Positions 18,891 to 28,522 of a stretch of DNA of 41,886 bases are shown in pieces. Source of the DNA: a virus (Duplodnaviria; Caudoviricetes); the IMG/VR virus record IMGVR_UViG_3300020358_000011, positions 1 to 41,886 of that record; one strand, 5' to 3'. The notes under the pieces were generated by a model. The model did not search any database. It saw only the letters and a program-made list of their open reading frames with translations, and was not told the DNA's origin. Both the position numbers and the translations under genes were made by a program. Within the stretch, counting starts at the first letter, position 1. The number at the start of each line of letters is the position of its first letter.

Positions 18891-18953
18891 ACGACGTTCG
18901 CCTGTGAATGTTGTTCTCAACCTACTTGCCCTCGCTTCGGCGGGGGCTTTTTT
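18891..18953 (+). ncRNA. candidate trans-acting small RNA
   Basis: Lies between a promoter-like element and the terminator; contains ATGTTGTTCTC, complementary to the RBS/start regions of several + arm genes. Confidence 0.45.
18928..18953 (+). terminator. Rho-independent terminator at the arm convergence
   Basis: GCCCTCGC-TTCG-GCGGGGGC-TTTTTT. Confidence 0.9.
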
Positions 18954-21900
18954 ATTCGTACTCTTCGAAGCTCTTACGCATGGCGTCTGTGTACACGATA
19001 CCGTTAACCATTTTACCGGTTGTTGTGAGGAACCCTTTATAAGAACTTTCTAACGCTGGATCATCAATCGCATCACCCCGATATTCTGCAGGTAAAGATT
19101 GATTGAACTCTCGTATCTTTTTACGCACCTCACGAATTTCTTCTCTATCGCCTTCGGTCTTAGCCATGTTGTGCAGTCGCATTAACTTACGGCGTCTTTT
19201 GTCCACAACGTTTTGTCTACGCCGCTCACTGCTGTTGATCTTTAAATTTTCTACATAGTCTGCGGGCGCGAAGCCTAACAACTGCATAAACGAGTTGTAT
19301 GGGTTTATATCGTCTACGATTGGGTTGCCTCGCATCGTGTTCGCCCCTTCAGTAGAGAACCTTTGGAACTTACTTATGTTGCGCATAGCGGCAGGTGCCA
19401 TAGCCTCAAGCCCACGTTGAACCTCACCTTCTTGTAGAAGATCATACCCCCGCTCAACACTCAAACCTACACCAACAACAGGACCGCCCAGCTGTTCTAT
19501 AAGTGTGTAGAACCTGCTCTGGTCTTTGTCGATAAACGGCTGGCGATACAACAAGCTGTTCATAGACACACGACTAGCAATATCCACGCCTAGTAGTTCG
19601 TTGGCTAACCCGTCATACAACGTACCGGGTAATAATTTACGCATCATAGCTTCGAAGTCATCTTCGTCATCATCAGCAAACATATCGTAGATTGCGGCAG
19701 CTGCACCCATCAAAGGTAGCCCAGCGACACCGGCCAATGACCCAGTAGTTACCATAAAGTACGCAAGTTGCTTCCGTGCAATCTTACGGATGTCTGGGTC
19801 TGCTTCGGCTAGTGCTTGGTCTACTAAGTGTGCCATAAAGTAATATCGAGACACCGCGAATCGTTTAAACAAGAAGGCTACGTTACCTACGGGCTTCTGT
19901 GCCCACACCGGACGACCTGCAGAAGCCGTAGAACCTAACGTCAATTCTGTAGCCTCCATAGCTTTTTGCGCCGCCGCATCGTAATCAGCTTGGCTCGCTG
20001 GCTCTTTACCCCCATTAGTACGATTGTTTAACTCCAAGTCATATGCAGCCATTAATGATATTTGTCGTCCAAAACGCTCTCCGTGGTGCACAAGGAACCC
20101 ACTTACTTGATTCATCTTCGCTAACACATCTTTGCGGTTAGTTAAGTCCACATGCTCTTGGTCTATACTTTGATTAAACATACCCCTAGCACCGGCTTTC
20201 TCAACCAATGTCTTGTATCTTAAAATATCTTCAGGTGTGTTCGGGTCATCAAAGTTATAGTTATCAAACCCTTTATTATGCTTACCGAGCTGTACTTCTC
20301 GTATTTCTGGTTTACCGTCTGCACCCATAACAGTAATCATCTTTGTAGATGGAGACCCCATGAAAAGCTTCGTTGCTCGAGATATAGCTGATGTAGCTTT
20401 CCCCCCACCATACTCCCCAGCTAGATAAGGGTGTACCGCCATAGGTATATCAAACATCACGTTAAAGGCAGATGATATGTTACCCCCCATCGTCCAACCG
20501 AAACCCATAGAAGTAGCGATTTGTGACCACCGTGCCATTGATGGAGATTGAGCAAACTCTGCAATTTGATCCAGCTTCTTCGCTATATCCATAGTGTCGA
20601 GGTTAGTGAGATAATCCCCCTCTTGAAGTTTGTTTCGGAAAGCTTGTATTTTTGCGCCATATTCTAACTGCACAAGCTGTTTTTCGATACCTCGGAAGTT
20701 GTCACGAAATCTTTCTGCAGGGTCAACTTCCATTCCCGGCATACCAGATGGAGTAACATCACCCAATGCACCTAGAATACCTCGGCCTCCAGTTTCACGT
20801 TCTTTACGACTACGGAATGACTGCATAAACGAGCGTTCTGGTATCGCATCTAACGACAGATCAATAATCCTATCTATAGCTTGTTGATCCACCCCTGCTT
20901 TCTGTAGAGCGTCTAGCACTGAGAATACGAACGAAGATTTTGGAGCTCCACTATAGTCGCGCTGTGCGTCTCGCTTACCAATTTCAATCTTACCAACATC
21001 GTCATCACGCCCGATACTTCGTAAGTATTTAACGACGTTTTCCCGTGCCTGCATCATATCTTTTTCAGATGTGTAGTACTCAGTAAACACTTCTATACCA
21101 CCATTTCTAAGTGGGTCAGGGGCATTGTATGATAATCTAAAATCTCCATCACGACCTAGTTTAAAGTAAGGGCGGATAACACCACCTTGAGCGTGTAGTA
21201 AATCAGATAGTTTTTCAAACGCAGTTTTTTGAGCTTCTGCATCTATACCCAAAGAAGCAATACGTGCTTTAATAGCAGGCATAATACGATCTTGCGCGGC
21301 CTCGCCCATGTCACGGGTTATGTTATACAGGTCTTGCCCTTGCTTGCCGAGTAACTTGTATTCGTCATTTAAGGTTTTCCATATCGCTTTCTTTTCGTCA
21401 GACGGTTCACCTGCTTTTTTAGCTTTTGACCTCGGCATATCTTGACCGCCGAACTTTTGCTCTAAGTCGTCGTTTAGTTTTTTGACCTCTGCATTTCGCT
21501 TTTTAACGTCAACAAAAGATTTCATAACCGTTCTTTCAGTCACCATGTCGTAGTATGATAACCAGTACTTATCGTAGGTACTTTGTGGGCGAGCAGGATC
21601 AACTTCGTCTTGCGTAGCACGGTTCATCAGTGCCTGCATCCTGTTGTACCCTTCGGGGTTTGCTTTGCGGTAGGCTCTGTAATCGTTGTATAGCACGTCC
21701 ACAGGCTCGAAAGCTTTCCGCAATGCGCCAGACGTTTGGTCTATTAATACGTTTAGTTCATTAGCAAAAGGAATTTTGTCTTTGGCTAGCCGTGCCAAGT
21801 TGTTTACAGGCTGCACAGCAAGTACAAACTGTTTTAGTTTACGAGGAGTGTTTTCGCTAATAAAGTCTCTTGCTTGTTCGTAACGATTTTTGTCCCCCAA

Positions 21901-24900
21901 CGGCACTGCTGTAACGTGCTTACGTAACAACTCGGTTGCACCTTTTACAGTGCGCCCCAGCAACAACATATCGGGCACTGCTCGTGTATCCGGTGCCGGA
22001 GTAAGCAGTCCCATAACTAAACGGTCTATATCGTCGAGCGGTGATTCCGGAGGTTTCGGCTTAAACCCTAGCATCTTGCGGAAAGCGCGCATGACTGCAT
22101 TTGCAAACTTCTTCCAGCCTGCCATTTTACCGCCGTCCACACTCATAAGAGCTAGAGCTCTTTGGAACTCAGGATTACCGAACGCTTCTGCAACAAACTC
22201 GTCTAAGTTTTTCGTACCATACACATCGCCAAGTTGCTCTCTCGCCGCTTCAAGAAGCGCTTGCAACTGCTTAACTTCTGGTAAATTAGGGTTAGCTAAA
22301 GATGCTGAAGTGACCGCGTGAGCCATCTCGTGTAGAACAGTATGCACGTTCATACCATTGTTAGCGTCGATAAATACTGTGTTCGTTGCGGGACGGAACA
22401 TACCAGCCGCTTTGCGCCCTACCATTGTAGATAGATCGCCAACTACTTGAACTTGTGTAGTACCAACAGTTTCGGCCAACTTACCTGCAATCTGACGGAC
22501 ACGCTCTACTGGGTTTGTAGCGGCTATTGCATTAAGGGCAAATTGTAAGTCACCTCTTTGCAGTGCGTTCTGTATACTAGGTAATAATGCCTGATCTAAA
22601 CCATGCACAGGATCAGTGAGTAAGAAGCCCAAATCTCGTGAGTGTGCGTAGCCGTCATACAGACCCATAATTTCCTCGCCTGATATAACTGATTTAGCTT
22701 CAGGGTCGTACACTATTCTTGTAGTTTGCGGTAGGGCAGTAGATACTTTATTGTTTTCTCGAAGCTGAAGACCTGTGCCGATAAGGTATGATTCGAACGC
22801 GGTACGACCTCTAACCGGTGTAGTTACGCGGAACAGCTCCTCACCTGACTTCAATGTCGTTGTTTTAATGTCGTTAGCCATAGAACTGTCTAGTTCAAGA
22901 GTTTTGTTTATCCGTTCGTTTGCAACTTTTAAACGTTCCGCCACTGCGATTTCTTTCGCATCTTTGTTTTGCTGTTTTTTAAACGTTTTATCTATACTCT
23001 TCTGTATTGACTTAGCGGCATTGACTACGCCTATATAGGCATCAGATGGGTTAAACTTAGAAGTATCACGGTTAGCCATACGGCGAGCACGTATCATCTC
23101 TTGTATAGCACTGTCAGACATGTTCTCGTGAACCCAACGACGTGCTTCCATAGCTGCAGGCTGTGTTATACCGTTATAGAAAGCAAACTGTGCAGGAGTA
23201 TAGTCCTTCTTAATAGTCTGCGTAGCCCCAATAGACGCTTGCGAACCAATTTCAGCTAAGGCATCAACAGGTCTACGGAATCGTTTAAAAAATAACTTAG
23301 CTTTTTCAGCTGGTTTGTTCCCTTTAAGGGCGGCGTCCGAAGTAGTGAGGAGTTCAATAATACCTTCTTTATCCACTGCGGTAGTGACTTCAGGGGCAGC
23401 TTGTGCGTCTATCTGCGTATCGTGATACTCTTGTGATCCTTCTGAACGGCGTCCGTCTTCGAATAAGGCGTCAAGTTTAGCCTGAGCTTCTTGGTTGCGA
23501 GTATCTTCAGTGGCTTGTAGTTGCTCTTGTGGTACTGCTTCCCCTTGAATTTCATTGGGAGGTATTGGTGCAAGTGCTGTAACCTCTTCTACCACTTGTT
23601 CGTCGCCTGCTTCGAACGGTTCACCGATAGGTTCAAGCGTTTTCGGGTTAGTACGTACTTTAGTGTTCGATGCTGCGGTAACGTCTTCGGTTTTTGGGAT
23701 TGTCGTAGATGTTACATTATCTACGTTTATAAGTACTTCGTTTTCCCCGATTGGGCCTCGTGCCGTTATATCTGGCGATCCTAGTATGTCTGCCTTTTTA
23801 ACTTTAAAGGCTTGTAAATCACCTTCACCGTCTACCCAAGGTAGTTGAGTAGAAAAAGTTTTGCCAAATTCAGGGTTTGTTGTAAAAGACTTAACTTCTC
23901 CTTTTGGAGTTGTACCTATCCGGTATACAGTCATTTCGTCAGGTTGGTCTTTTAAAAATTCCTGTGTTTTATCGTATATACCTTTACGAACGTCGGCTAT
24001 CTCAACTTTATTAGCGGTTTCAAAGTTATATTCTTTACCCTCAGCTTCCATAATAGCCGCTTTTATTTCACCAGCGGCGTACTCATCATCTGAGCTAAGT
24101 GCATACCTAATCCTGTCAAAAGAATCCGTACTAGCTGATAAAAACTTATCTAGTGTATTGAACTCTGGTCCCGCTGGTCCTCCAGACTCATTAACATCTG
24201 GCAAATCTGCTCCCAGTGCATTGGGGTCAGGTGTTGTAGATTCGTCGGGATTTCCACTTGTATCTGGTTCAACTCTGTCGTTTGCCACGCTTTCTGAACC
24301 ACCTGAAACGCTTGCTCCAGTTCCTTTGGGTTTAGGTTGTGGCACTTCTCCATTAATTAGAGCCTCTATTCTAGCTTCTATGTCGGGTACTTTATTACGG
24401 ATTATCGAATTTTTTGCGTAGTTCTGCAAGAGTGCTTGTACATCTTTGTCGTTAATATCTTCGCCAATTATTTTTTGACGTATTGATGCTCGAGGAAACA
24501 CACCTGCATTATCAAGCATTTCTTTAGTGACGGGTGTCACTGTAGGAGTAGGGACTGTGCTTCTGCCCTCTCCAAACGCACCAAGTGTAGCTCGTGTACC
24601 ACCACCGATTAGACCACCTGCAATAGCGGCTTCACGATACTCTACAATGGCATCGTCGCTATCAATAGGTAGCCCAGCTTGTGCGCGTTCTAGCATTTGC
24701 TGCCCGACTTCGGTCAAACTTTCAGTAGCAGCACCGCCTGTAGCACGAGAACCTGTACGTGTGAGTACGCCTTTCCAGCCTTCTTTTGTAGAACCAACCG
24801 GTTTTAGTAGTTTAAACCCACCTAGTAATAACTTGTCTGCAACACCTTCAAGTGCCGCTTGGCCGAAAGTAGCGGTCAGCGCATCGCCTACATCGACTCT

Positions 24901-25518
24901 ATCTTTTGTACCGCTAGCGACTTCATCTTCTTGACGTTGGATGTTGTTACCAAACAGGATCGGCGCAGTCGCAAGGCCAGCAGCTGTAGCACCAACAACA
25001 AACGGTGCAGCTGCACCCAAAACAGGAGCCGCTAAAGGAGCCGCTAGCGTACCTAACGCCGCCGCACCAAGACCAAGACCTAGCTGTGTACCTTGCTCAC
25101 CTACAACTTCACCTGCGTAGGTCAACGCCGATCCAATACTATCAACGTCAGTAGACTGTAATCGTTTAGGCTGTTCAAGAGATAAGCGCCCAAGTTGTTG
25201 ACCAGCACGTTCTTCTACACCGGTACCGTAGTTCTCAAGAAACCCAAGCCCAGTCTGCTCTCCGATAGTGCCGATAGTCTCACCAACAGCTTCTTTAACT
25301 TGCTGAAAACCGCGAGCACCGCCGCGACCTAACGCAGTGCCATCGTCTACGTATAAGTCTTCGCCGTATCTATCTTTGTATGCTTTAAGGTCTTCTTCTC
25401 TATCCTGCTGAAGAATCTGTGCTATTTTAGCAAACTCTACGTCTGAAGGATTTTCTCCGGATATAGTAAAGTCGTAACCTTTACCCGTTTGGGAGTCTAC
25501 GTATTGGAAAATACCCAT
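18952..25518 (-). CDS. large internal virion/ejection protein (polyvalent: ART-like and zincin domains)
   Basis: 2188 aa, last gene of the structural arm. Hydrophobic Gly/Ala N-terminal region, YR..SFT..ENE motifs, and LHEMAH..DEFVAE. Confidence 0.8.
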   Translation of the reverse strand: MGIFQYVDSQTGKGYDFTISGENPSDVEFAKIAQILQQDREEDLKAYKDRYGEDLYVDDGTALGRGGARGFQQVKEAVGETIGTIGEQTGLGFLENYGTGVEERAGQQLGRLSLEQPKRLQSTDVDSIGSALTYAGEVVGEQGTQLGLGLGAAALGTLAAPLAAPVLGAAAPFVVGATAAGLATAPILFGNNIQRQEDEVASGTKDRVDVGDALTATFGQAALEGVADKLLLGGFKLLKPVGSTKEGWKGVLTRTGSRATGGAATESLTEVGQQMLERAQAGLPIDSDDAIVEYREAAIAGGLIGGGTRATLGAFGEGRSTVPTPTVTPVTKEMLDNAGVFPRASIRQKIIGEDINDKDVQALLQNYAKNSIIRNKVPDIEARIEALINGEVPQPKPKGTGASVSGGSESVANDRVEPDTSGNPDESTTPDPNALGADLPDVNESGGPAGPEFNTLDKFLSASTDSFDRIRYALSSDDEYAAGEIKAAIMEAEGKEYNFETANKVEIADVRKGIYDKTQEFLKDQPDEMTVYRIGTTPKGEVKSFTTNPEFGKTFSTQLPWVDGEGDLQAFKVKKADILGSPDITARGPIGENEVLINVDNVTSTTIPKTEDVTAASNTKVRTNPKTLEPIGEPFEAGDEQVVEEVTALAPIPPNEIQGEAVPQEQLQATEDTRNQEAQAKLDALFEDGRRSEGSQEYHDTQIDAQAAPEVTTAVDKEGIIELLTTSDAALKGNKPAEKAKLFFKRFRRPVDALAEIGSQASIGATQTIKKDYTPAQFAFYNGITQPAAMEARRWVHENMSDSAIQEMIRARRMANRDTSKFNPSDAYIGVVNAAKSIQKSIDKTFKKQQNKDAKEIAVAERLKVANERINKTLELDSSMANDIKTTTLKSGEELFRVTTPVRGRTAFESYLIGTGLQLRENNKVSTALPQTTRIVYDPEAKSVISGEEIMGLYDGYAHSRDLGFLLTDPVHGLDQALLPSIQNALQRGDLQFALNAIAATNPVERVRQIAGKLAETVGTTQVQVVGDLSTMVGRKAAGMFRPATNTVFIDANNGMNVHTVLHEMAHAVTSASLANPNLPEVKQLQALLEAAREQLGDVYGTKNLDEFVAEAFGNPEFQRALALMSVDGGKMAGWKKFANAVMRAFRKMLGFKPKPPESPLDDIDRLVMGLLTPAPDTRAVPDMLLLGRTVKGATELLRKHVTAVPLGDKNRYEQARDFISENTPRKLKQFVLAVQPVNNLARLAKDKIPFANELNVLIDQTSGALRKAFEPVDVLYNDYRAYRKANPEGYNRMQALMNRATQDEVDPARPQSTYDKYWLSYYDMVTERTVMKSFVDVKKRNAEVKKLNDDLEQKFGGQDMPRSKAKKAGEPSDEKKAIWKTLNDEYKLLGKQGQDLYNITRDMGEAAQDRIMPAIKARIASLGIDAEAQKTAFEKLSDLLHAQGGVIRPYFKLGRDGDFRLSYNAPDPLRNGGIEVFTEYYTSEKDMMQARENVVKYLRSIGRDDDVGKIEIGKRDAQRDYSGAPKSSFVFSVLDALQKAGVDQQAIDRIIDLSLDAIPERSFMQSFRSRKERETGGRGILGALGDVTPSGMPGMEVDPAERFRDNFRGIEKQLVQLEYGAKIQAFRNKLQEGDYLTNLDTMDIAKKLDQIAEFAQSPSMARWSQIATSMGFGWTMGGNISSAFNVMFDIPMAVHPYLAGEYGGGKATSAISRATKLFMGSPSTKMITVMGADGKPEIREVQLGKHNKGFDNYNFDDPNTPEDILRYKTLVEKAGARGMFNQSIDQEHVDLTNRKDVLAKMNQVSGFLVHHGERFGRQISLMAAYDLELNNRTNGGKEPASQADYDAAAQKAMEATELTLGSTASAGRPVWAQKPVGNVAFLFKRFAVSRYYFMAHLVDQALAEADPDIRKIARKQLAYFMVTTGSLAGVAGLPLMGAAAAIYDMFADDDEDDFEAMMRKLLPGTLYDGLANELLGVDIASRVSMNSLLYRQPFIDKDQSRFYTLIEQLGGPVVGVGLSVERGYDLLQEGEVQRGLEAMAPAAMRNISKFQRFSTEGANTMRGNPIVDDINPYNSFMQLLGFAPADYVENLKINSSERRRQNVVDKRRRKLMRLHNMAKTEGDREEIREVRKKIREFNQSLPAEYRGDAIDDPALESSYKGFLTTTGKMVNGIVYTDAMRKSFEEYE

Positions 25519-25539
25519 TTATTTAGCCTATTTAGTTAA

Positions 25540-27468
25540 TTAGCGTACATCGTATGCGGAGTTTTTACTACCTGTAGGATTAACGTTAATGTTAGCACTA
25601 CGGTATGCCTGATTTATAGCCTTTTCTAGCTCTTCTATTCGGTCGTTTATTCTTTCACGAGCTACTCTATCAGGATCGACCATTTTCCCACCAAACCCAA
25701 AGATCGACGATTTTTCGGGGTCTCTAAGCATGCTACGTTCTGCTACTAGCGCCTCTAGCTGCTTTCGCATATCTGTAAGGTACGCCCCAGTAACAGGTTT
25801 GCGCATACCTGCTTTTGCTTTGGCTAGCTGAATCGACGTTAAGTCTTTATATGCAGATAGGCCAGCTTGCCCTGCTTTACCAAAGTCACCTGTGCTCATT
25901 AACGTAAGGCCAGCTTGGGCTAGCGCCAACCACTGATCTTGATTTAGTTTACTTGCAGTGGATTTAAATGGCTTGTCATCGGCTTTTTCAACCGGAGTCT
26001 TTTTGACAGGCACGACACTCGCAATACCTACTTGTGACATAGCTTTGTCTTCATCCGCTATTCGTTTAGCTTGCTCAAGCTCATTTTTTCTTTTTTCTTC
26101 CAAATCGCGATATTCTGTGCCGCCCATAAGTCGAGCAACCTCATTAGGGTATTCGAAATCTGGTTGAGTAAGGCTATTTTCACGGGCTCTAAGAGCTCCT
26201 TCGTAGCCACGTTTTTCAATTTTATCTCTTGCGGTTTCGTTCATACCTCCAACATACTCATCAATCCGGGCGCTATTACGAGTACTAAAGTCTCCAAGCC
26301 CCTTCATTATTCTTTCTCCAAGGCCGGGGTTTTCTGGGTCGCGGCCATACCCACCATAGATAGAAGTAGCGTTAGGGTCTAAGATTTGACCTAAGCCCAT
26401 GCCTCCTTGTACCTGCTGTCCGGGGTATGCTTTAGGAACAAAATTTGGATCGGCGGTTGGATAAAATTTATCTAACTCAGTAGTCGTAATAGCACCGGGA
26501 CTATAGTCTGGTTGACTCGGCATTTGTGCCATTATCGCTTGTGCGACTTCATCGTCAGACGAGCCTCCAAACTTCATCCCATAATCTCTTAAAGTTGTGC
26601 CATTAGAATCCGCTGGGTTATACTCTCCGCCAGACTCTATAAACTGACGCATACCACTTTTGCCGCCTAAATGAGCCATAGCCATGATGCTATCGTCGTT
26701 AATCAACACGCCGTTAATCGTTTGACCCTTATACGCATCCAAGCCTGTGTCGTTTGCATAGTCCGAAATATCTTTCTGATGCCACTGAACAACTTCTTCT
26801 TGTAGTGCTGGATTAGCTTTAAACTGCTCCATAGTAAAATCTTGACCTGTCGCGTCACGGAAGTCCGTGAGTCTAGCATCCCCAAACTGATACTTGCCAA
26901 CGAAACCCTCATTGTTCTGTGCGTTGTATCCACCACTTCCTTGACTCTCACTCTCGCCAAGCTGTGTTAACATACTAGAGGATAAAGACGCTGCAATCCG
27001 AGCAAGTTCTTCTGGGTTATCTTTGTACTGTTCGTATAAAGCTGGGTTACTTACTTTTAATCTTGCAATAGCGCTCATATCACCACCTGACACAAACCCA
27101 CCGGGAGCTAGACGCATAATGCCACCATCAGCCATACGTTGAGGCTGGTTAGGTTGTGCAGGAAGTCCTGCCGCTTGTACGTTTGGCACCCCTGTATTCT
27201 GTGTCATGTCTGTTTTAGGAGCCATAGATTGTGCAACTTGTGCAATACCTTGTTGTGGCACGCCCGCCGCAGATACGGCATCTTGCGCAACGGTAGGTTG
27301 CATCAATCCTTCTTGTCGCTGTACATCTGATCGCATACGCTTCCGACGCTCGATCTCGCTCAATACCATGAACTGAGGGGCAGAACCCGAAGGCATCTGC
27401 ATTTCTTTTATCAGTTGAGCTTCAGAAAAGTTCTTTAGCTTGTCTTGGGTGTCGAGCATATTAAGCAT
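25540..27468 (-). CDS. internal virion protein with lysozyme-like domain
   Basis: LGESES..YNAQN..FVGKYQF...MAHLG, a transglycosylase/lysozyme-like pattern. Confidence 0.75.
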   Translation of the reverse strand: MLNMLDTQDKLKNFSEAQLIKEMQMPSGSAPQFMVLSEIERRKRMRSDVQRQEGLMQPTVAQDAVSAAGVPQQGIAQVAQSMAPKTDMTQNTGVPNVQAAGLPAQPNQPQRMADGGIMRLAPGGFVSGGDMSAIARLKVSNPALYEQYKDNPEELARIAASLSSSMLTQLGESESQGSGGYNAQNNEGFVGKYQFGDARLTDFRDATGQDFTMEQFKANPALQEEVVQWHQKDISDYANDTGLDAYKGQTINGVLINDDSIMAMAHLGGKSGMRQFIESGGEYNPADSNGTTLRDYGMKFGGSSDDEVAQAIMAQMPSQPDYSPGAITTTELDKFYPTADPNFVPKAYPGQQVQGGMGLGQILDPNATSIYGGYGRDPENPGLGERIMKGLGDFSTRNSARIDEYVGGMNETARDKIEKRGYEGALRARENSLTQPDFEYPNEVARLMGGTEYRDLEEKRKNELEQAKRIADEDKAMSQVGIASVVPVKKTPVEKADDKPFKSTASKLNQDQWLALAQAGLTLMSTGDFGKAGQAGLSAYKDLTSIQLAKAKAGMRKPVTGAYLTDMRKQLEALVAERSMLRDPEKSSIFGFGGKMVDPDRVARERINDRIEELEKAINQAYRSANINVNPTGSKNSAYDVR

Positions 27469-28511
27469 TAGCCGTAAGCCTTATATAGTGATAATCCAGT
27501 TAAACCTGCGCCAACCGCTTGTTGGAGCGCGCCGGGTTGTTGTGTAGGTGTAGTGCTTGTTCCTGAAGTTGTGCCTGTTGCGGCAATAGGCATACCGGAT
27601 AAAATACCCGTCATATTACCAATCTGTTCACGAGTGTAGCCCTGCTGTTCAAGGAAGTTAGCATAGTCCAGATCAAGTCCCGCCTGACCTTCAGCCTGTA
27701 CGGCTTGGCCTACGCCTTCACGCAACTGCTCGTTCTGTATTTGTGTCTGACGCTCGATCTCACCCAAACGAGTAAGCTCTGTACCCATGCTAGTACCGGC
27801 TCTAAGTGCCGCAAGTCCTTGCCCTGCACCGAATTGGCTGGCCGCTTCTTGGCCTGTTTGTACCCGTCCAAGTTCAGAGGCGCGTCGTTGTTCTGCGGTC
27901 ATCTGTGCGGCTCTATCGGCACCGAACTGCTTCGATGCATCGGCAAATGCGCTTTGCGAGCCTTTAGCTTGGATGCTTGCTAGTTGGCCCAAGAGCTGTT
28001 CTTCTGCTAAACCCTGTTGCACTGCTTGACGTGAACCACCGAAAGCACCAGCTTGAACTGCCTTTGCGTCTCGGGCTCCTTGCAAGCGATTAAAGTCCAT
28101 AACCGCTGATTCTTTTTGTTGGTCTGTCACTAACTGTTGATACGGAGACATGTACTGAGATACGTTGTCACCCGTAAATGTAGCTGGATCAGAGTAGCCA
28201 AACTGTGAATAGTTGCCGCCATCGTAGTTTCCAAGCTCAGTAGCACGATCCATCCCTGCAGTGGCGTAATCTTGCGCAGTGCCCAGCCCAGCGACTCCCG
28301 TATCAGCTATACCTAGCATATTATCACGAGATGCAGTTACATTTGGATCAGTCGCTGCTAGGCGATCACCGCTGTAGGGATCGTACGGTTTGCCAAACTC
28401 AGCTTCGGCCCGTGCAATGTTTCGTTCAAAGTAGGGCTTTGCCCATGCGGGCAAGTCTGTCTGACTCGCCGATGTTGTTGTATTGTTTACTGTCTTACTG
28501 CCACCACACAT
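27468..28511 (-). CDS. internal virion (ejection) protein
   Basis: Gln/Ala/Gly-rich; LPAWAKPY, YMSPY and AGAFGGSR; MCGG N-terminus. Confidence 0.75.
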   Translation of the reverse strand: MCGGSKTVNNTTTSASQTDLPAWAKPYFERNIARAEAEFGKPYDPYSGDRLAATDPNVTASRDNMLGIADTGVAGLGTAQDYATAGMDRATELGNYDGGNYSQFGYSDPATFTGDNVSQYMSPYQQLVTDQQKESAVMDFNRLQGARDAKAVQAGAFGGSRQAVQQGLAEEQLLGQLASIQAKGSQSAFADASKQFGADRAAQMTAEQRRASELGRVQTGQEAASQFGAGQGLAALRAGTSMGTELTRLGEIERQTQIQNEQLREGVGQAVQAEGQAGLDLDYANFLEQQGYTREQIGNMTGILSGMPIAATGTTSGTSTTPTQQPGALQQAVGAGLTGLSLYKAYG

Positions 28512-28522
28512 AGTTTAGCTCC

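Noticed and set aside
18865-19053. 62-aa + strand ORF across the arm junction
   Set aside because: Runs through a strong terminator and overlaps the convergent gene; an sRNA/terminator reading fits better.
18952-25518. Virion RNA polymerase recognising the 3-nt-loop palindromes (N4-like)
   Set aside because: No single-subunit or DxDGD-type RNA polymerase motifs were recognised in the 2188-aa protein.
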